A model generated the notes under the pieces. That model worked only from the letters and a program-made list of their open reading frames with translations, made no database searches and was not told the DNA's origin. Position numbers and translations under genes: made by a program. A stretch of DNA of 59,038 bases, counting the filler, from Ionaspis alba (taxonomy: Eukaryota): the NCBI GenBank assembly GCA_964255285.1. It is 3 parts of 3 records of this genome, joined end to end, with 100 filler letters (N's around TTAATTAATTAA, not from the genome) between each part and the next. Parts side by side here need not be neighbours in the genome. Positions count along the whole stretch, not along the records: positions 39,467 to 59,038 come from CAXUUL010000263.1; 2 more parts are not named here. One strand, 5' to 3'. This document shows positions 52,148 through 59,038 of the stretch, one piece after another. Each line of letters opens with the position of its first letter. The stretch's first letter is position 1.

Positions 52148-52179
52148 CTCTGTCAGAAGACGAACGTCTTCTGACAGAG
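52148..52179. repeat. Perfect inverted repeat (15-bp arms, 2-nt spacer)
   Basis: CTCTGTCAGAAGACG-AA-CGTCTTCTGACAGAG. Confidence 0.9.
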
Positions 52180-52539
52180 CAGTCTCAGGCTTCTCCTGGC
52201 GCCAAAATTGGATGCTTGCTTGGTGTTAGCATTTTACGATGCCTGCTTTTTGCGGTGCCGCCTTTCACAGTTTTCCCCAGCACTGCCTTTGACATCCTCT
52301 TCTGGCTATTTCAATTCTGGCCTCGTTTTACAAGTATATGCCTACTGGAATTCTATGGCTGCAAAGGTCCAAATGCTATTTGCGCCACCATTTCCCTCTG
52401 CACCGCAAAGCCACAAGGGAGTAAACAATCACCGGAATTTTCAATTCTCCTACTTCGGACTAGTAGGAAGTCCTTCTTTCTATGGCGTGTTCAAGGCTGC
52501 GATTGCCAACTTGGAACTTATAGCATGCCCGCATTTAGC

Positions 52540-53432
52540 CTACACACTCTTCCTTCGCTGTGTAGCCGTCAAATATTTGAGGATCGTCCAATCGAACACA
52601 AAATCGTATTCGAAGCCCTGGCGTATAAATAGACCGCGAAAGAGTCTGCGCAGGAAGGAATATCGAGGTTTGTCGTCAAAGCTACGAGAACGGACATGGT
52701 CGAAGTAAGCGCCAAATTCTACCGGGAGGCCCTCGCACAGATCTTTCGTACCGATCACCTCTTTTTTCGCCAAGATAAGCTCCTCCTTTTGCTGTCGATT
52801 CGCAGCAAGGAGGCCCTGCCATGGGAGAGAACCGCGGAGGAAGTAGAGAAGCATGTATCCTAAAGACTCCAAATCATCGCAGCGATGCGGCACTTGGGTA
52901 GTTGTTAGTCTTCAAACAACAAGAGCCACAGATGTTGAACTCACCAACACCCAAATGACCGTTGACACTGGCAAAACGTGCTGTGCCCACCAATATTGGA
53001 TTCAAGGATTGACCGGTGTCTGTCTTCACCCGCGCTGTACGGCGCTCCGTGGCAAGGCCATGTCGGTCACATACACCTGGTTCCCATTCTTTCCCACACC
53101 AATCAAACAATTCTCTGGCTTAATGTCTCGATGTATGATATCCTTTGAATGTATACATTCTAGACGACAAAGGAGCTGGTTGGCGAGCATCAACACTGTT
53201 TTGAGAGAGAATCTGCGACCGCAAAAGTCAAAAAGATCTTTCGAGCTTGGCCCCAGAAGGTCGAAGACCGTAGCGTTATAGTCGCATTCGGTTTCATAGG
53301 TGTGAGCTCGTGGAATACCGGCACCATCGGGGAGGGATCGGTAGACGTCGGCTTCAAGTTGCAGGAGAGAAGGATCGATTGACACATGTTCGAGTTTGAT
53401 GGCAATTTCGTCGCCAGTGTCGACGTGGGTGC
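52540..53432 (-). pseudogene. Casein kinase 1-like pseudogene (5'-truncated, frameshifted)
   Basis: [47 protein letters not shown] and LPWQGL. The Gly-loop exon is absent and the frame shifts at about 53060 in the DFG-equivalent; intron 52893-52944. Confidence 0.85.
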
Positions 53433-53504
53433 CTAATCTCGTTCTTCGTAGCAATTGGCGAAGAGCTACGTACACAGTCCTCCTTGGGAGTGACAGCTTC
53501 CTCG

Positions 53505-55397
53505 TCAATCATCAAACGGCCAGCCCTCCCGCCAAATCTCCTTCTCCTTCTCATCCCTCGCATATATATCGATGACTTGTTCCCTGACCTGTCGCAGCGC
53601 ATCGCGAGTCTTCTCGTACTGATCGTTCCGAACTATCCCCCTTTCCGGAAACAGCTCACCCAGGCTCTTTTGGACTTCACGCATGGCTTCGATGCCACGC
53701 AGCGCTCCGCTGACATCAGCCTCTATTTCTGCTCTTTCTTCATTGGAGAATCGGAATGGGAACGGCGCGGCTCCGCGTGCGCACACACCGGGAAGCTCGG
53801 TCCATGTTTTTTCCAACTCTAGCACCTGAGCTAGATAGGTTGCTTCACCATCGACTAGGAGATTTCGGGCGAGCAATAGAAGATCGAAGCTGGGTGTTTC
53901 CTGAAAAGCCATCGCACGGTAGAGGCGGGGGTTCTGCCTATGAAGAACGGTCTTATAGAGAGCGGAGAGAGACTGTTTTAGAAACAGTGCTTTGGCTTCG
54001 TTCTGGGCTGCTGGATCGAGCTGCGCTAGATTCTCCGGCAGACGGGGACGCTCAAGCCCAAATGTGGGCGGACCGTCGTAGTCCAGAAAATATGGTTGAC
54101 GAGCATGCTCAAACAGAGGTGCTAGCTCTGCCGATTGCCAGTCTATTATTCCAATCACCTCGGTGGGATTTTCAGGATCCACGAAAATGTTTTCGACATG
54201 AAGGTCGTCATGCCATAGACAAGAAGATTGAATTGATTGATCCGTTGGGAGGAGATATTTGATCATTTTAAGGTAGCATCGTAAAGCCTTGAGCTTCTTT
54301 TCCCGGGTAGGTTGATATGTCCCTGGGCCGCAGAGAGTCACTGGTGATCTCGGCAATCGAGAGAGGCTCCGCACACAAGTGATTTCACGATGGCCGATCG
54401 CCGATTCGTACTCTTCTAAAGAGTTCCCTAGAACGGTATTAGTCATATGGGTGGTAGATGCTGGCCTCAAAACTTACATGGGCCCCTATCGAATTCAACA
54501 TTTGACCTTCCGTCATCGCTAAAGCCCCGTGCTGTCGAGGGCCCGACAGCGAACCTAGTATCCGTTACTGTGACATCGTGGTGATTTGTATATGAGAGAC
54601 TCTGGGTAGATCCATCCAGATCCTCAGGGTAGTAGAGGCTGCCGAACTGGTTAAACGAAACTGACATCCAGGCTTTCTGGTATCGAGCGATAGCCTTAGC
54701 AATAGTGAAGCGGTCTTCAATTCCCATATCTGCCCACACGACACTGAGTTGGATACCAGGCAGCTTCTCCATAATAATATACTCAGCACCAACGATACTG
54801 TCTTGAGCTCTAGAGCTCCATGCATAGATTTTCGGGACAGGGGTCTTTAGAATCTTGCGCATCTACAGATTATCAACTTCGTCACTAGCAGAAGGGCTCG
54901 ACGAGGCATACAAATTCCATCGTTGCCACCTCGCTCGCAGTTGTCAAATGAGGCCGTCCAGCATTGGGATTGGGAATTTTGGCAACAGCCTGAGTACCAT
55001 CATCCATCGTCAAAAGTAAGGCTTTGTTATACATCCCATCGGGATACTTTTCGATGCTAACGCAGAATCCCGAGCCTACAGCTTCTGCCGCAAGACGAGC
55101 CAACTCGTCCAAATCGAAGCGAACGTATCGTTGAGACATTTCGTACTGTTCATCAGCAACGAAGCGGCCTCGTGTAAAACGAAAATAGTCTTCATTGTGA
55201 CAATCATCTCGTCGATAGGGGCGACTGATTGGTTGAGATTTCGAGCACTCCTTGGGAGCCAAGCTGTGAGAGGCCTGCCGCATTGAGGGTGAGTTCAATG
55301 TTACTATCAACCCTTCAGTCGTTACGGTACGGGCGCGATGGATTCGCAGTACCCTTGGCCATCTTCCACATATGACGAGGCGACGTCTGGTGATCAT
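53505..55397 (-). CDS. APH/choline-kinase-like phosphotransferase (Aim9-like fungal family; exons 55397-54912, 54862-54478, 54427-53505)
   Basis: DGMYNKALLL, AKIPNPNAG...TASEVATMEF, PVPKIYAW, GAEYIIMEK, catalytic WHDDLHVENIFV and IIDWQ; ends WPFDD*. Confidence 0.85.
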
Positions 55398-56140
55398 GGC
55401 CGGAATAAAGGGTTGACGAGGTGGAAAGGATTTAAGGCAACGAGGAGGCGCTAAAATAACCGAGATCGCACGCGCTTTTGCCTAGGCCCATCCATTTTGG
55501 CGCTGAAACGGCGTTTTTGGCGCTCAGATTTCTTTTTAGATTAGGCTATACCGTTGGTGGGATGCTACTTTCCCTGCAGCAGAGCCTATTGTTTCGTTTC
55601 GAAGGCTGCCTTAACTTATAATTATTGAAAGCAAGAGGGCTGCGTCGTCAACCAAGACGAGTCGCCTTGTCAAACTCTGTCCAGTAGTCTAGATTGGATT
55701 CCACTGAATTCTCTCTCTATCCAATCATTTATGCTAAAGAGCAACGGCGTGATACCCTCCTACACCCTTCGTCTACAACAGCCAATGCTCTTGGGCATCA
55801 AGAGGCTGATGTCTCAACAATATGTTCGCGGGAGCCTAATTCGTTACCATAAAAAGAACAATGGTGAAACACTGGGTGATAAACACTTCTGCTATGCCTA
55901 TAATAAAGCTGTCCTTCGCTGGATTTCGGGCACGGAACCAATATTTCGACATCTCAGAACCCGTGCTTCGGTATTGATCGCCTAAGGTAATCGCAACGCT
56001 CGTCCAGGTATAAGAGCCAGGTTAATTTGGTGCAGGAATTTGTTCGACCTGTTGCCGTACTAAATCGAACCCTTGCCTCTACACGACGAATCCCCCTATC
56101 GCTACTTGTCTGCCCACCGGTCTCACGTGGGAGCGTCAAC

Positions 56141-56512
56141 ATGAGTCGCGCCGTCAAGGACTCCCTTAAAAGCCTCAAGGCTTGGGTCTTACAGAGCCCA
56201 TCCCGAGTGAAGAAGATAGCGGAAGGCAAAGGTACCCCTGGTACTAGGGCGGCACCTACCCAGGTCGGGACGAACGACAAGAAGATTGGATCGCGTCTGG
56301 ACAATGGTGAGAAGATCATCAAGAGCGGAAAAGAGTACAAGCGATATAAATTCCAGATAAACAAAGGCGCAGACAACTCCACCCTCAAGCAATTGGCGAA
56401 CAAGGACTCGCACAAAGTTTGGTCTCAGGCAGATATACCAATTGGAGAAGGTTCTCCAGAAGAGTTGGTGAAACAGCTTTTTGAAGGCCTGGAAGCAAAT
56501 ATGGAGGAATAA
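56141..56512 (+). CDS. Small Lys-rich hypothetical protein, 123 aa, intronless
   Basis: ATG in a CAAC context, TATAAG at about 56009, protein-like composition with an acidic C-terminal helix. Confidence 0.65.
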   Translation: MSRAVKDSLKSLKAWVLQSPSRVKKIAEGKGTPGTRAAPTQVGTNDKKIGSRLDNGEKIIKSGKEYKRYKFQINKGADNSTLKQLANKDSHKVWSQADIPIGEGSPEELVKQLFEGLEANMEE

Positions 56513-57245
56513 TCGAGACGAAACCTGCGCACTCATCAACGCTGCTGCAGACAGCTTGGGAAAGTGCCACTTTGTATAGCAAGAATGATTTTTTTTTGGG
56601 ACGTTTGCACGACAGTGGGAATTGAAAGAGAGTTGAGCAGAAGATGAACTGGGATGCGACTTCGAGATCTCTCATTTGAAGTTGACAGCGAGAAGCGTCA
56701 AGGCTAGCATACTTCTAAATATCGAGTACCGAAAAGTGAAGGATAGTACCTGGCCAGGAATTCTGAACTCTCAGTAACTATTTTCCAAATACAAATTTGA
56801 ATTGGATCTTCGGACGATAGGAAAGATTTTGCAAGCGGGCGTAATCGCGAATTATGCGTCACAGCACCGAACTGTCAGCAGCCCGGCGACGGGGTTCGCA
56901 AGGGCCAAGCTGGGCTGATCGCTTTGGGGAAGCTGATATTGTTAAGAGAAAAGTTTCACTGAACGTCACGTATAGACAGACTGAGAGAGCTTGTGACTCA
57001 GTATTTGGCCCGCAGGATCCGAGTCATGTCTCACTGGTTGGAGATGGTGGACTATTTGCAAGGGATCTTTTGTCCATGGTGCTGGAAAGGGTGCCTCAGT
57101 GAAGACTAGACCCTAAACAGATCAGCTGGGCTGGGTCAAGAGGTCATCGTTACATTATTGTTGATGGAGACAATTGTCAACGATAGAGCAGAGATGGACA
57201 ATTGTCTATCCTGATGCATGAAAGCTGCTTTCCGCTCCTTAGATT

Positions 57246-58406
57246 CTACTGTGTCCAACGCCGTGCATCAAACTCCTGCAGCAGCCGCTGTGCATTCCCC
57301 AGCTCAATGTTACACAGCTATGTATCTATCCAATGCACTTTGTATTCATAGCCCTTCCTCACCCGTCTTTCGTCAAGTCTTATCCTGATCTCCCATTCCT
57401 CCTCTTCAAATTCTAGATGTTGAGATTCCAGCTGCGGGAGAAGTGAAGGAGTGGTAGCGTTGCGAGGGTTTGCTGCTTCGTCAGCGTTGCTACCGCCGGG
57501 CTGTTCATCTCGCTGTTGGGGCGAGGCGATGCTGGGGGAGGTTGGGCGATCAAGAAGATTGATGATAGGTTCGGTAGTATGAGAACTCAAGATTCCGTAC
57601 GTCTTCACTGGTTCCCTGAGGTGGGAGCTTTGGAGGGCTGCAGGGCCAATTTTGGACTCCACGCTCGTGGCCCTGGTAGAACCGCTGGGCTCGCCAGGCT
57701 TCTCGTCGTCATCGTTAACCACGAGAGGTTTATCTGCCAACACGTCTGGGAAAAGGTCTGGACGCTAGTCAGAAATGCACGGGGGAGTTTACTCAGACTG
57801 TGGCCAGCCCCGCTGAATCGGCTTGAGCTTGTTGTATTCTCGCGTTGCTGGAGGTCTCGGGAAGAACGAGGTTGTCTGAAAATAAGCTTGGGTTGTGATC
57901 GGAGCCGCCGTGCGAACTCGACCAAGTCATCGTCGGTATCATCTATCTCGTTGACAGGGTCTTTCAAAAATCATTAGACGCAGTACACAGCGATAGAGCC
58001 TCCAGACTGACCGATCTGTCGGAACTTATCTGGCTTAGGTATACCTTCGCCCTCCTCGTTCAAACCTGCATTGTCCGCCGTGCGCTTGAAGGCTGGCATC
58101 GAGATCGGTGAAGTGCTTAACGGACCTTGCCGACCGCTCTGCCCGTCAGATGTGGAGCCGTTACTGTTGGGGGGAGGCTGCTGCGTCGATCGGCTTCCCT
58201 ACGTCTGTTTCCACCTCGTTCCGCTCTGGGGTAGGAGCGCTATTGGATTCACTCGGGGAGGATTGTTCAGCGGCGCTATCAGCCCTCCCAGTTTCGTCGT
58301 TGACATTTAATGCCGCATATTGTGACTCAACTTGAAGGATGGGAGGGGGCCATCGGTATCCTCATCGCCGGCCATGAGATGGGGCATAATCGAGGGGTCT
58401 GGACAT
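57246..58406 (-). pseudogene. Chromodomain-containing protein pseudogene
   Basis: C-terminal EEEWEIRIRLDERRVRKGYEYKVHWIDT*LCNIELGNAQRLLQEFD resembles a chromodomain. Premature stops at 58362-58364 and 57318-57320, plus a frameshift near 57745. Confidence 0.7.
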
Positions 58407-59038
58407 CGTTACAAAACGCTTATCAGCACTATAGACGGTGGACTTTACCTTAGCCGCATCTCTCCATGCCTTCCGAATCCAGTGCTGGCTCCCCAGATAG
58501 GTCGAGAGAATCCGTTGACAGAGAGTTAATCAGATCAACGCAACCGATCAGATCTTAGTCTCTGAGTCCAGCACTCATGGTGATGTTCGCTGCAAGGGCC
58601 ATGTGGTTATTATGCTCGTTGCTGTCCGTGGAAGCTCCGTGCTTCGATGCGGCAGAACGCCCTTTATGAGCTCTGACTGCAGTCTTAAACGCACCATGCG
58701 CTTCTTGCTTCCTTTGTGCTCTCTCTTGGCTGCCGCTGAATGCTCCGGCCTCCTCATTCTCTCTTTAGTTTCAATTATCAGTTCTTGTGGAGAGTGTCTT
58801 TGTATGTTAGGACGCATATTCTGAGGTAGGTGACCGTTCAGAGACTAAGCATAACGACGAATAGGTACACCAGCACAAGATAACAGATATTTATCCAAAA
58901 CGATACTGATCTCTGAAACGACCGAACGCCTTCTAAAATACAAAACTTTTCAAATTCTCAAAGCGACGCCAGACAGATAGGAAACCTTTCACAGTCCGCC
59001 GAGTCTAAACTCCGATAGAGAACTCCTTGCCATGACTA

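Noticed and set aside
52130..52179. Helitron 3' end (hairpin followed by CTRR)
   Set aside because: The nearest CTAA on the minus strand is only 4 nt from the stem, and no Rep/helicase or matching 5' end is visible.
57169..57206. Two GACAATTGTC 10-bp palindromes 28 bp apart
   Set aside because: Short; explainable as a small local duplication downstream of the pseudogene.
58575..58824. Short ORFs on both strands near the window end
   Set aside because: No domain similarity or coding-like composition that I can support.

Overview
Eukaryotic DNA from a filamentous ascomycete (Pezizomycotina), judged by short GT-AG introns with CTRAC/CTAAC branch points and fungal orthologues. The window is three scaffolds of 19,673, 19,593 and 19,572 bp joined by artificial N44-TTAATTAATTAA-N44 linkers, so adjacency across 19674-19773 and 39367-39466 has no biological meaning. 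Scaffold 1 carries a secreted Cys-repeat/WSC protein, VMA10, PET117, a coiled-coil protein, Sfr1/Mei5, HRD3, an EthD protein and a Ser-rich partial gene. Scaffold 2 carries an intronless Doc-type Fic-fold toxin/kinase homologue, Red1-like zf-C3H1 protein, myosin II, a lipase and an RtcA-type RNA cyclase. Scaffold 3 carries RFC2, DUS2, IPP1, MRPL44, SEC20, an orphan with a possible PemK/MazF-like pattern, COQ6 and an SGNH esterase. It ends in an accessory, partly decayed island: perfect hairpin, CK1 pseudogene, APH-like kinase, small basic orphan and chromodomain pseudogene. The most notable signals are the bacterial-toxin-like genes embedded among core fungal genes and the kinase/chromodomain island. 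All identities come from motif recognition by eye; no searches were run.
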